A stretch of 64,000 bases of DNA from the human T2T-CHM13v2.0 reference genome, Homo sapiens. Location: NCBI RefSeq assembly GCF_009914755.1, contig NC_060931.1. One strand, given 5' to 3'. Below are positions 28,868 to 41,810 of the stretch, piece by piece. How positions within the stretch are numbered: the first letter of the stretch is position 1; each line of letters starts with the position of its first letter. Below the pieces are notes generated by a model that was given only the letters and a program-made list of their open reading frames with translations, searched no databases and had not been told where the DNA came from. The position numbers and the translations under genes are program-made.

Positions 28868-29215
28868 TGATATGGTTTGGCTGTGTCCCCACCCAAATCT
28901 CATCTTGAATTGTAGCTCCCATAATTCCCACATGTGGTGGGAGGAACCCAGCGGGAGATCATTGAATCATGGGGGCAGTTTCCCCCATACTGTTTTTGTG
29001 GTAGTAAATAAGCCTCATGAGATCTGATGAAACCCCTTTTGCTTGGTTCTCATTTTCTCTATTGCCTGACGCCTTGTAAAATGTGCCTTTCGCTTTCCAC
29101 CATGATTGTGAGTCCTCCTTATCCACGTGGAACTGTGAGGCCATTAAACCTCTTTTTCTGCATAAATTGCCCAGTCTTGGGTACTTTATCAGCAGCATGA
29201 AAACAGACTAATACA
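28868..29215 (+). mobile_element. THE1B-like solo LTR
   Basis: TGATATGGTTTGGCTGTGTCCCC...GACTAATACA with perfect 5-bp TSD CTGCC. Confidence 0.92.
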
Positions 29216-30663
29216 CTGCCCTCAGAGAGGATGAGCAGCAATCAGCATCTCTCTCCTGCAGGAATACCTGAATAGCCGAGGCCACAACAGGCAATGCCCC
29301 CTCAGCCAACCCTGGTCCCCCCGGCCCTGGCATGCTTTTTTTCTTCTCTCTCTCATTGCGATTCCCTGTCTCTCTCCCACCCTTTCTTTCTCTTTCTGCC
29401 ACATACAGCTTTTCTCTAGATGTTTCCTCTTTCCCTTTTTCTCTGCCAGTCTTGCCAAAGAGGTCCCTGGGCTTTTTAGTCTCTGTGGGCACTCTTAAAG
29501 CTAAAGAATATGCTAAAATAATCCTAATCGCACTATTCCCACTACTGCCACAGGTGCAGGCAGCCCAGGAAGGGAAAATATGCAGGTGCTTGGCTAAGAG
29601 TGAGGAGTCCTAAGCGTGTTAATCAAGGTTTCTCGAATGCCATGAATATTATGGCACTTCATGGTTTAAAAACAAAAAAACAAACAAACAAAAAAACGGG
29701 AAGCAGACGAACCTAATAGGGGCTTTGTGCTGTTACATTCCCAAGAACTAGCCAGGAGTACCTAGAGCCACCCTGTCCCTTTCACTTGGTAGGGGCCAAA
29801 TTATTCTAATACCGTTCTCCCGTCCAAGCAGAGGGCACCCCACAAAAGACAGAAAGAGAATTTGAAGCAAGTGAAGCAAGTAAAATCTTGTCTTTCCTAT
29901 CTATTAAGAGCTACAGAGCTGGCCAGAGGCACCTCAGGATCAGATTTCTAAATATCATTTGAAATGCTGCTTTTGGGTTACTGCAAGGTCTGGGGACAAC
30001 AAGCTACTGTGCCTAGAAACTGATGCAGTCAAGGATATTGAATTTCCTTATCTCAGTTTATCCAGGATAATGAGGAAGGGCTGTCCTTAACTTCATTCTT
30101 GAAACATTTCTCCTCCAATAACCCTGGATTCAGAAGCCACTATGGGATTCATTGTTATGGTGATGACACTTCTGAACCACATCACAGCATAAATTAAAAG
30201 AGTAAGATGCATTTGATAGTAATAACTGGTGTTATACAAACGAAAGCAATTACTTTGAAGCAGTACATAAAGCTGAAAGGCACTACTGTCTGTCACTCAG
30301 TGCAAAGACATAGTGTCTCAATATGGATTCTAAGTATTAACTTTTACTAAGTAAATAAGTATTATTTACTAAGTATTATTTCACTAAGTATTATTAACTT
30401 TTAAAATTTAATCCTTTCTTTATTGATAATAAAGGCAAATAAAGGGCCAGCCCTGATTACATTGTTACAAACCAAATCCTGAGTTAGTTTCTAATGGAAT
30501 GAAGACAGATGATATTTTCATGAGAAGTGCTCATATGTAAACATCCTCACATTTATATACCGTAGCAAATATACCTTTTCGGTGACAACTGTATAAGCCA
30601 ATTTCTTATTTGTTGACCACAGTAGTGAACTGTACTTTGAAATTTGTACTGAAAGTATGAATG

Positions 30664-30971
30664 GGACCGGGTGAGGTGGCACATGCCTTTAATCCTAACA
30701 CTTTGGGAGGCCAAGATGGGAGGATCACTTGAGCTCAGGAGTTTCAGACCAGCCTGGGCAACATGGTGAAACCCTATCTCTACAAAAAATACAAAATTTA
30801 GCTGGGCGTGGTGGTGCATGTCTGCAGTCCCCGCTACTTGGGAGGCTGAGGTGGCAGAATCGCTTGAACCCATGAGGTTGAGGTTGCCATGAGCCATGAT
30901 GGCACTACTACACTCCAGCCTGAGCAACAGAGTAAGACCCTGTTTCACACACAAAAAATAAATAAATAAAA
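30664..30971 (+). mobile_element. AluJ
   Basis: Full Alu with TSD AAAGTATGAATG. Confidence 0.92.
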
Positions 30972-31203
30972 AGTATGAATGAAAAGGGAAGTGATGGCAT
31001 GAGTGAAGGCACAGAAGTGAGAAGAGCAGGATGTATGCCGGAGAATCTGCATACGCAAGGCAGAGAGAGCTTCATTAGACCTCATGAGGCTCAGGGGTCT
31101 GCATCCAGGATTCCTAACTATGGGCTTCATAGGAGAACAAAGAGGGAGAAACTCAGAAAGAAACTGACATAGAGAAAGATAAATATAGAAATATAACAAC
31201 CTT

Positions 31204-31525
<322 letters not shown>

Positions 31526-31935
31526 TTAATTCTAAATGGATGGATGTCAAGAAGCCCAAAAAGATGCACAATTGTGAACCATGAACATGACCAAATAGAG
31601 AGGGGGCTCCTTGCAATAGTTGTCATTCAAAGTCAATGTTTACAAACAATGAATTGGCCACATAATTAATTGTGAATTTACTTCACAAAGAGTTGAAACT
31701 AGAGTTGTTTGAAATAAGCAAGGTGCTTTTGTAGATGGTTGTTGATTTGTGGGGCTACGTAGGGTTCACGCCTGGATGAATAAGGGCTGCAGTTCTCTTG
31801 TTCGATAGTGTTTGTAGTAGCAGTCCATAAAAGTTTTGAAAAATATCACCCTGGTTAGAAGTAAAAGTATGGTAACACTTAGCTGAAATTTAATCACGTG
31901 CATATATGGGAAAATAATAGTTAGCTTGCAAAATT

Positions 31936-31960
31936 TTTATTTGGAAGCAAAATTTTTATT
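31936..31960 (-). terminator. Paired intronic poly(A) signals (AATAAA at 31955-31960 and 31936-31941)
   Basis: TTTATT occurs twice on the + strand, inside a duplicated 14-mer GCAAAATTTTTATT. Confidence 0.65.
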
Positions 31961-32100
31961 TTTTAAGAACAGAGCTATTTCATAAAGCCAGCTACAACAT
32001 CTGTGGTACAAACTCATCCCAGCTCTCTCGCCATATTCCCTCTCTGTAGACCCAGAGACCATATCCATAACCCAAAGGGACACAGGGAGGGCAGACAGAC
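31937..32100 (-). CDS. CREB3L2: Alternative C-terminus from intron 4 read-through (GLSALPV...KNKNFASK*), giving a truncated isoform without the bZIP
   Basis: The frame stays open for 54 codons past the weak exon-4 donor and ends in a TAA that overlaps AATAAA. Matches my recollection of an annotated short isoform. Confidence 0.75.
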
Positions 32101-32188
32101 CTTCTTTAGGAGAGAAGTTTAGAAACTGATCCACTTCATGAGGCTCCAGCTTAATTTTAGGAATAATGGTCTGGCACGAGGAATCAAC
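32101..32188 (-). CDS. CREB3L2: CREB3L2 exon 4 (88 nt): VDSSCQTIIPKIKLEPHEVDQFLNFSPKE
   Basis: Acceptor ttcttcctccag|GTT, weak donor AAG|gtctgt, phase 0 to 1. Confidence 0.96.
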
Positions 32189-32348
32189 CTGGAGGAAGAA
32201 TTTCAAACACAATTTTTAAAAACCAATCACAGCCTTGAAGACACATGCAGGAGAGCTATTTGTCACCTGTGTCTTCCTCTCGGGACAGCCCTGCCTATCC
32301 TGGAGAATAGCTGAGTGTAGGCAACTTCCCTGACAGGGAGTCATTTTA

Positions 32349-32660
<312 letters not shown>

Positions 32661-33459
32661 ACTCAGAACTCTAAAGTTGAAAGCCAAATGCTCAAGCCCA
32701 AAACTATATCAATATTCTTTTCTATGTTTTTATAGTACTATAAAGGCATTTTATTACAAAATATTCTGGCACTTTTTTTTTTGTGGCATCATTCTGCTAA
32801 CTTTATTCTTTATACATAGTTTGGGTAAAGTAAGAACCAAACACTGCTTCCACTCCCCCTATCCTCACTCCACTTTGGGGGCTTTAAAAAGCAACTTATA
32901 GTTGATACTGGTGAGGATTCCCAAGACTACAGAATTTAGTTGTAGAGCGTAACTGTGCATTTGATCACTGAAAGAAAATAAGAGACCTTCTAAGAGGTGG
33001 TGACCTTAGCAGAATAAGGAGGGGCCAGGGGGTCTCTTATCCCAGTTCAGCCTCACACCAGCCTGGGAGTTTTCCCTGCCTGCAACGTAAAGCAGCCTGT
33101 AAATTACATATAGCCACAATGCACTTAAATCGAGTCAATCACCATGGAAAATGGGAACTAAATTTTAAAGAGTCAAAGGCCTCCACCAGCTTGCCCTGGG
33201 GTAGGGACTGTGCACCAAGCCACATCCTTTCTCTTATATATAACTTTATTAATATTAATAATTAATAATGTTATAATACAATTAATATAATTATTAATAA
33301 TTAATATTAATGATGTTATTATTAAGGCTTCCTAATGACTGATGGTATCTAATCACGAAAATCCTGGTAGGGAAAGGAGAAAAGTTATCTGGCCCATACA
33401 CAGGAGCAAGGCCATGCCTCTGAGCTTTGCTAGTTACATACTTTACAATAATTCAACTA

Positions 33460-33750
33460 GGCCGGGCATGTGGCTCACGCTTGTAATCCCAACACTTTGG
33501 GACGCTGAGGTGGGCGGGTCACTTGAGGTCAGGAGTTCGAGACCAGCGTGGCCAACATGGTAAAACCCCATCTCTACTAAAAATACAAAAATTAGCCAGG
33601 CGTGGTGGCTGGTGCCTGTAATCCCAGCTACCTGGGAGGCTGAGGCACAAGAATCACTGAACCCGGGAGGCGGAGGTTGCAGTGGGCTGACATCATGCCA
33701 CTGCACTCCAGCTTGGGTGACAGAATGAGACTTCTGTCTCAAAAAAAAAA
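33460..33750 (+). mobile_element. AluS
   Basis: Full Alu. Confidence 0.92.
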
Positions 33751-33987
33751 GTAATAAATAAAGTAACTAAAATTCTGTGGAGCAAGGAGACTAATATAGA
33801 CCAGAGAGCCCAGCCTAATAAAGAGACTCAGGTAGCTACTGAGAAAGGAATCCTAGCACACTTGCAGAGGCCTCTGTCTACAACCCTTCATCATCTACAC
33901 AGATGGACTGACAAGGGAGTAAGCAGTGACACTTTAATGAGTCTACTGATTCTGTGTTACCATATTCTGAACAGGTAGACACTACAT

Positions 33988-34134
33988 CTTTTTTTCTTTC
34001 TTTCTTTTTTTTTATTTCTTGAGACAGAGTCTTGCTCTGTTGCCCAAGCTGGAGTGCAGTGCCTCGATCTCGGCTCACTGCAGCTTCCGCCTCCCAAAGT
34101 GCTGGGATTATAGGCATGAGCCACCGTGCCCGGC
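33988..34134 (-). mobile_element. Internally deleted Alu
   Basis: Alu 5' end fused to the distal right arm at gcctccc (34089-34095). Confidence 0.85.
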
Positions 34135-34945
34135 TGCAGATAGACATTCTATCTTGCTCACAAGAAATCTGACTTAAGGAATGTTAATGAAGTTGTTGTT
34201 TATAACCTGAAGCTTTGAACTTAAGGGAAGCTAAGACAGGCTTCCAACACTTGCAAGAAGATGTACAAATACAATGCTGGTCCATGGCCAGACACTGGAA
34301 ATATCCAGAAAGAAGGTAGAGTAGAATTAAATTCTACTTGCGGTAGGCATGGAATCTAGTAAGGAAAAAATCCTGATTTCTTATGCTTTCCACGGGTAAC
34401 ACAATAATAGGTGTTATTATTACTATTACTATTATTATAATGTTATTAATATTGTTAATATTATTCATATTATTATATGAATCAATACGTGGGACATTCC
34501 TGACTTGAGTAAGGACAACTCAGCATCTCACTAGGAAAGTAAAATATTACACAGGAGCTCACATTCCCAGTAGCCATGCACTGTAAGCCATGGATTACAT
34601 CACCACTTCAATCACTCCCTTTCCACTGCTTAAAAATCAGTGCCATAGAGAAATTTTTTTTACCATAGATATTTTCTGTGTTTTTTATTTTGTAACAGTA
34701 ATCAAAAAGAGAATGAAATCAGCTTAGCTACTAATTTTTTCCGAACAATGGCTTTAAAGGAAGTTGGCACCAAATCAACATACCCTTATTAAATGTATAC
34801 ATATGTATATACACACATATGAAGTTGCATGTCCTTAAATGTACACAGCCACTAACTCCAAAAAGATTAAACACCTTATTGGAGAATGAGGATCTATCTG
34901 TATCTTTTAATCCAACCTGTTTAAACAGACGAAAATTGAGCATAC

Positions 34946-35121
34946 CCCAGTGTTCATTTCCAGAGGAGGTTCCTCCTTTTCCAACGGGGTGGAGATGGCT
35001 GTGATGGTCAGAGTGACAGACGGAACGAGTCCTGGGGGTGGTTCGTCTGTAATTGGCTCTGTCTTGATGGATGTTGAAGGGAAGTCTGTAGACAGGTACC
35101 ATTTCTCACTTTCCACCTCAT
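34946..35121 (-). CDS. CREB3L2: CREB3L2 exon 3 (176 nt): DEVESEKWY...EEPPLEMNTG
   Basis: Acceptor ttttttcctgcag|AT, donor GGG|gtatgc, phase 1 to 0. Lies within track ORF 34907..35179. Confidence 0.96.
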
Positions 35122-35542
35122 CTGCAGGAAAAAAGACAAGCACACATGTGAACTTGTTCAGGGCATCAGGCATAAGCAAAACAAGCGACCACTAGTCTTT
35201 CTCCCCAAAAAAGCTCAGTGAAGGATGATTGAAAGTAGAATAAAAGAAAATGAAATATGTGAGGGAAAAGATTGATAGATATGAACAGCAAAGAAAGAAT
35301 CTATACTTGTATTCGCTTGCATGTGAGTATGCCTAAAGAAACTCTGGAAGGAATCCATAGAAAAGAAAGAAACTTGGCTTCCTGAGAAAGGCAGGAAGAA
35401 ACCTGGGTTGATGGGGAATAGAATAGGAGGGAGGATTTTGAATATGTAATGAGCTACTCTTTTTGGTTGTCAAATCATGTAAATGTATTATCTATTCAAA
35501 AATAGATAAATAAGCACATTTAAAAACATGAAAGAAAGAAGC

Positions 35543-35950
35543 AGCCGGGCACAGTGGCTCACGCAAGTAATCCCAGCACTTTGGGATGCCAAGGCAAGAG
35601 AATTGCTTGAGCCCATGAGTTCAACACCAACCTGGGCTACAATGCAAGACTCTGTCTCTACAAAAAAAAATTTTTAACTAGCTAGGTGCAGTGGTGAGCA
35701 TCTGTGGTCCCAGCTACTTGGGAGGCTGAGGCAGGAGGATTGCTTAAACCAGGAAGTCGAGGCTTCAGTGAGCTGTGATCACATCATTGTACTCCAGAGC
35801 CTGGGCAACAGAGTGAGACCCTGTCAAGAAAGAAAGAGAGAGAAAGGGAAGGGAGGGGGAGGGGGAGCGAGAGAAAGCAAGAGTGAGAGTGAGAGTGAGA
35901 GCGAGAGCGAGAGCGAGTGACAGCGAGAGCGACAGAGAGAGAGAGAGAAG
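35543..35950 (+). mobile_element. AluJ followed by a compound (GA)n/(GAGAGT)n/(GAGAGC)n tail repeat
   Basis: Alu to about 35826, then the purine-rich simple repeat. Confidence 0.88.
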
Positions 35951-37295
35951 CAAGCAAATGGTTGGTAACCAACGGGAGAAGATGAGAGAACATGGTGAGT
36001 AGGTCTCTCTCTCCTTCTCTCCAAAGGAAAGTTATTTGGTTTTTTGATATTTTTTCTTCTCACTCCATTTTTTTGTTTGTTTTTGTCCTCTTCTGTTTTC
36101 ACTGTGATCCCACCTAGCCTTAAACCTAACTTAGACTTTCAGAGACTCTGCTTAGCCCTTTGGGAGACTTTGGTTTGTAATAACCATCTGCCCTTTGCTG
36201 AAATGGACAAAATACTCTTCCTGAGAAAACAGCTGCATCTTGGTGAGTCTGGGTCTTGTCTTTCCTGATTATCACCAGGCCTGGAGATAGCTAACAACCG
36301 AGAGACAAGACGGAACAGACAGAGTGCCTCTGCCACTTAATGCACATTCTTCTCAGAGTCTAAAAGAATAAGAATTTGTATTTCTTAACAAGTTACTTTG
36401 GAGCTAGCGCTCAGCACTGCCTGGAAAAGCCGGGAGGAGGGAAGGAAAGGAAACGACCAGAGGGTTGGAAACAGCCACAGAACAAGACAAAGCAAGCCAA
36501 AGGCAACGTTCCTTAGCTGATACCAGTTTTACTAAAATGAGGCTAAAATAAAGCAAAGACACGCTCCTTTGCTTTCTCAAAATGCTTACACACATACACC
36601 ACATTTCACATACTTAGTGACCCATGACTGTCAGGAGAGCAAAGTCGTTCACATTATAAATTTATTTTACATTCAAGAATGTGACTCCAGTTTTCTTATG
36701 AAAAGGTACAATCATTTAGAACCGCTAAGAAGAAGGGAAGGGTAGACACAGAAACTAATAACTAAAATCTACGATTATTAAAATTATGTTTCATAAGTGA
36801 CTTCTTTAAAGCACAAAAATGTTAGGTTCATATTTGAGGAATGATTTCCCCCTTAAATCCAGTTTATAATTGATGAATTATCCCAGCCTCAATTTATTTC
36901 CCAAGGTGAAATAAAGACAGGATGGGCAGGTGGTGGAAGATGTTTTGCTTTTAGAGTGGGGCTGCTGAGTGCTATGGTGTGACGGGGATTTCCATCCTTC
37001 ATGGGGTGTGCGCCACATCCTGGTGGAAGGGGAGGGCGGGGGAACAAAGGGCTCTCTGATGGCGGCCAGAGGAGGGAGACCACTCTGTACTGGACTCAGA
37101 CCGTGCCCCAGCTCAGCCCAGAGATGGAGCAACTGGACCACGAGCCAAAAGATTCCGTTGACTCTCCCCAAAGGAGCTTAGGAGCTAGAAGACAATGTCC
37201 GCTGCAAAGAACACCCGCTTAGGACAGTTAGGGAAGGGCTGGAGAGACAGAGACCGCATAGATCCCATTTTTTCCATTCGGCAATGACATGGTGA

Positions 37296-37594
<299 letters not shown>

Positions 37595-38289
37595 ATGCTT
37601 TTGCTTTTTGAAGTCAACACTTAAAGCCTGCCCACACTGAGTAATATTTATCCCTGGCAAAGGCTGGAAGAAAGACGGTAGGATGAAATATAGCCTCAGT
37701 ACAGGCTGAAATGGACGGTAAGGAAGCATCCCTGAGAAAAAGGTCGCACACAATTACCAGGAAATTGTGAGATAAGGCCAGATCCCTTGACTGTGCAGTG
37801 AAGGCAACTGTGATGAAACTTAATTCACAAGGCAAACAAAAGAAGAGGCAAAAGTTAAAAAAAAAAGTGAATACAAAAAACAAAATGAAGATGGGTGATA
37901 GATAGAATCAGTTCTTCCAATCTAGTGAGGCCATTCTCAAAGTGTGCACATTCGTAAAACAAGTCAAGACCATTTAATATTCTTAATGCCCAGTGTCCTA
38001 TAGCCCTCTTTACAAACATACAAATATCATCAGTGCTGCCTCAGGGAATGGAAACCACAGGGCAAGTGATGGTACTTGAACTATAAAAGGAAACCTTCTC
38101 TCTCAAGGACAACTGTACATTTCCAAGAGAGAAGCCCAAGGAAGCGGCCTCTCCTCCCCTGAGCTTTTTTGAGGGCAAACAACAGGCGCTGCTTTCATGC
38201 TTCCATTCCAATACAGCAATTTAGTCCTTGATCCTGAAAGATGCTTTAGAGTTATAAAGAGATTTAAGGCCATTGAGCTCAAAGATATC

Positions 38290-38586
<297 letters not shown>

Positions 38587-39199
38587 TATCATTTCTAGAT
38601 GAGGAAAATGACACCTGGGCCTAGGTCACATGGCAAATTAGTGGCAGAACCCAGATCTCTGCACTCTGGCCAGTAATCTTCCCATTAACAAGAAAACTTT
38701 CTATGTGGATAAAGATTATGCATAAATAATGCTCACTAGGGCATTGTTTATGATGACAAAACACTGAAAATAAACAAAACATTAAAAAGCAAGAGAAAGG
38801 TTAAGTCAATTATGGTGCATCCATACAATGGAATATTTATGCAGACATTAATATTACATGTATACAGCCTTTTTAATTACAAAGAAAAGACTTATAATGA
38901 AATATTAAGACAAAAACTCTAGATAAAAATCTATAACTATTAAAGAAGAAAGTGATAGAAAAGCATCAAAAGAAATATGCCAAATAGTAAGCATCTCTGG
39001 ATAATCGTTCAGAACATGAATGACTTTTTCTTTAAATTTTATGGTACTTCTAGATTTCCAACCTTGGGACACTATTGTCTTTGGATGAACACACAGGGAC
39101 ATGGCCTGCTCCACTTCATGGCTTAGGATGGTAATTATTGGGTAGAGGTTGTAATTGCCCATGGGGGTGTTTAGAAGCCCTTGACTCAGTAAGAGTCAA

Positions 39200-39690
39200 T
39201 GAGTCCCTTATTATGTAAATAAGTTGCATTCCTGGCTCCAGGTCTTCCTCCTCCCTCCATCCATGTCTTTTGCCTTAGAATTTTGCAGTGACCTCCCACC
39301 TTGGGCTGATCCCCACCCACAGCTTGGTCCTGTGGCTTGATGTACCATTGGTATGTGAGCTTTTTAATACAAGCGGAGTTTTGGAATGTGCTTGCAGGAT
39401 GGAACTAATGTTGCTGTAGTTTTGCCATCAGCATGAGAAGAATGAGCTAGGATAATCTAGTGATCTCAGGAGAAGGATGACAGCCACATAGAACAGTCAC
39501 CTCCAGAGGAGCTTAGTCAAGACCAGCCAACTATTAGCTGACCTTAGAGATGCCAGTGAATCTAGCTGAAACTAGCAGAACCACTCTGCTGACCCCCACA
39601 CAGAAACAGACAGGTGGATTACGATAATAAATGACTGAGTGACTGAGTTTGGGGGTGGTTTGTTATGCCGCAACAGAGCTAGCTGATACA
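39200..39690 (+). mobile_element. Old MLT1 MaLR LTR
   Basis: 3' end reads gagtttgggggtggtttgttatgccgcaa...gctgataca. The 5' boundary is uncertain. Confidence 0.55.
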
Positions 39691-40777
39691 ATATAGCCGA
39701 ATGTATGAAAAATAAATTAAACCCATTACATTAGAATCTATTACAATGAAATGACTACATTCATTTCCAAAATAATTCTCTAAACCATCAACTATGGATC
39801 ATATCAATAAATGTTTGTAGATTGGCTGATCAGACCTACTAGTTACATCACAAAATACGAAATGACTTCATAAGAAGAAAGTCAGCCAGTAAGTAGTTTG
39901 GTGAGAACAGCATTCCAGTGGTAGCTGAAATGAAAGAAAACAGCTTTCATTCTGAACTACTGGAGGTTGGCTTGTACTCTCTTACTCAATGGAAATAAAT
40001 ATCAAATCACAGAAAACAAAATGACAAATGTAATCTACGAAGTGAGGGTTAAGGAAGGACAGAGTAGAGGAGAAGGAGCAGAATATGTATCACAATGTTT
40101 CTCCATGTCCTTACTTTTGTAGTTTTACTTTATTGGCAAAAAGATCAGTAGGGCCACCCTGGCTTAGAACTGGAATTATCCTTGGATGTCTTAGTTATTG
40201 GCTAAACCACAAACATAAGAGTCAGTAGACACTCCACACCCTCTAATTTCTAAAACTTGAAGCTGAGATACCGAGTGGAAAAAATAAAAATGTTCTTTCC
40301 GCATTGTGTTTATAAGTCTTTTAAATGTCATTTCAGACGAAAAACATCCCTGGTAAAGTTTAGCAGTCCACAGTTTGGAGAGTAAGAAGAACAACCCCCA
40401 TATCAGCTGATTTAAACAGCTTCCTGTCAAAGGTCAAACTCAACTGGCACATTTCCTCAGCTTCACCACTTAACTGTCAGCAAGAAAATAAAAACAAGCC
40501 ACTGATCGTGGTGAGAAGCAAGTCCTTTACATCCAAAGACAAAATGGTGCAGCCATGAGCAATGGGGCTAGATGCCAAGTTATCAAATCATCAAGATAGG
40601 CAAATCATCAAAGAGACTGAAAAAGACATGAACTCAAAGCCAAGGTAATAGCAACATCAAAATGCAGATCTTCCATCATTTCCATAGGTGCCACGTAGCT
40701 AAGCGCATTGAATGGATACTGATTGCTGAGAAAGAAAAAAAAACCCTAAATTGGGAGTTGGCATTATCTTGATATAT

Positions 40778-41486
40778 TATGAAAGGAAAATAAAAATTCA
40801 TGACCCCAATCCACTATGCCAAAGGGAAAAATCAAGCTGAAAGCTGAGTCATCCAAGAAACTGCCTTTCCTTTTATTCCTAAGCACAGTTATATATGAAA
40901 GGTTAAAGATCTCCACAGGTAGACACTCTATGTCCACCTTTTTCTTTTCTTGCTCTGTCACTGCAGCCTTGACCTCCCAGGCCCAAGCGATCCTGCCGCC
41001 TCAGCCTCCCAAGAAGTTGGGACTACAGGCGTGCGTCACCTCACCCAGCTATTTTTTTTTTTTTTTTTGATAGAGATGAGGTCTCACTGTGTTGCTGCCC
41101 AGGCTGGTCTCAAACTCCTGGGCTCCAGTAATCCTCCTGCCTCAGCCACCCAAAGTGCTGGGATCACAGTCATGAGCACCCAGCTCAACATACATCTTAT
41201 CTTATGAAAAGTGTTGATTTACTGAGCACAAGATGAATGTGTAATGGACTATTCCCCTACCTGCTCCTTTTCTCTCTTGCAACATATGGATTACCGTACC
41301 CTCCCTCTTTTCCATTCAGCCACTTTTCCTTTAAATACTCAAGTCCTCAAAGTCATCTTTGGAGAAAGGCACAGACCACAGATTTTTTCTGTGATTCTGT
41401 GTTTATTTGTTCTGGGTATGTCTTTAACCTTGGCAAAATAAACTCCTAAATTGATTGGGACCTGTATCAGATACTTTTTGGTTTAC
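40778..41486 (+). mobile_element. MER4-group ERV1 solo LTR interrupted by a partial AluJ (minus strand, about 40940-41186)
   Basis: Starts tgaaaggaaaataaa...ccaaagggaaaaatcaagctg and ends ttggcaaaataaactcctaaattgattg...ttttggtttac. Confidence 0.75.
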
Positions 41487-41536
<50 letters not shown>

Positions 41537-41595
41537 TATATATATATACACATATATATATATACACACACACACACACAATATATATATATACA
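41487..41595. repeat. Compound (TA)n/(CA)n microsatellite
   Basis: Seen directly in the sequence. Confidence 0.95.
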
Positions 41596-41679
41596 TGTGA
41601 ACATAGAGAGAATGGGCATTTATTCTTAAAAAGGGAAATCAGATGACGTACTACCACTTACATGAGAAAAACACATACG

Positions 41680-41810
41680 CAGTTGGTCCTTGAACAACAC
41701 GGGTTTTGAACCATGCGGGTCCACTCACAAGCAGATTTTTTTCAAATAAACGTGGATTGAAAATACAGTATTCATAGGATGCAAAACCCAAGCACAGGGA
41801 GGGCGGACCG
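41680..41810. mobile_element. Tigger2/MER8-like MITE fragment
   Basis: Contains cagttggtccttgaacaacacggg...aaaatacagtattc...ggatgcaaaaccc. Confidence 0.65.
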
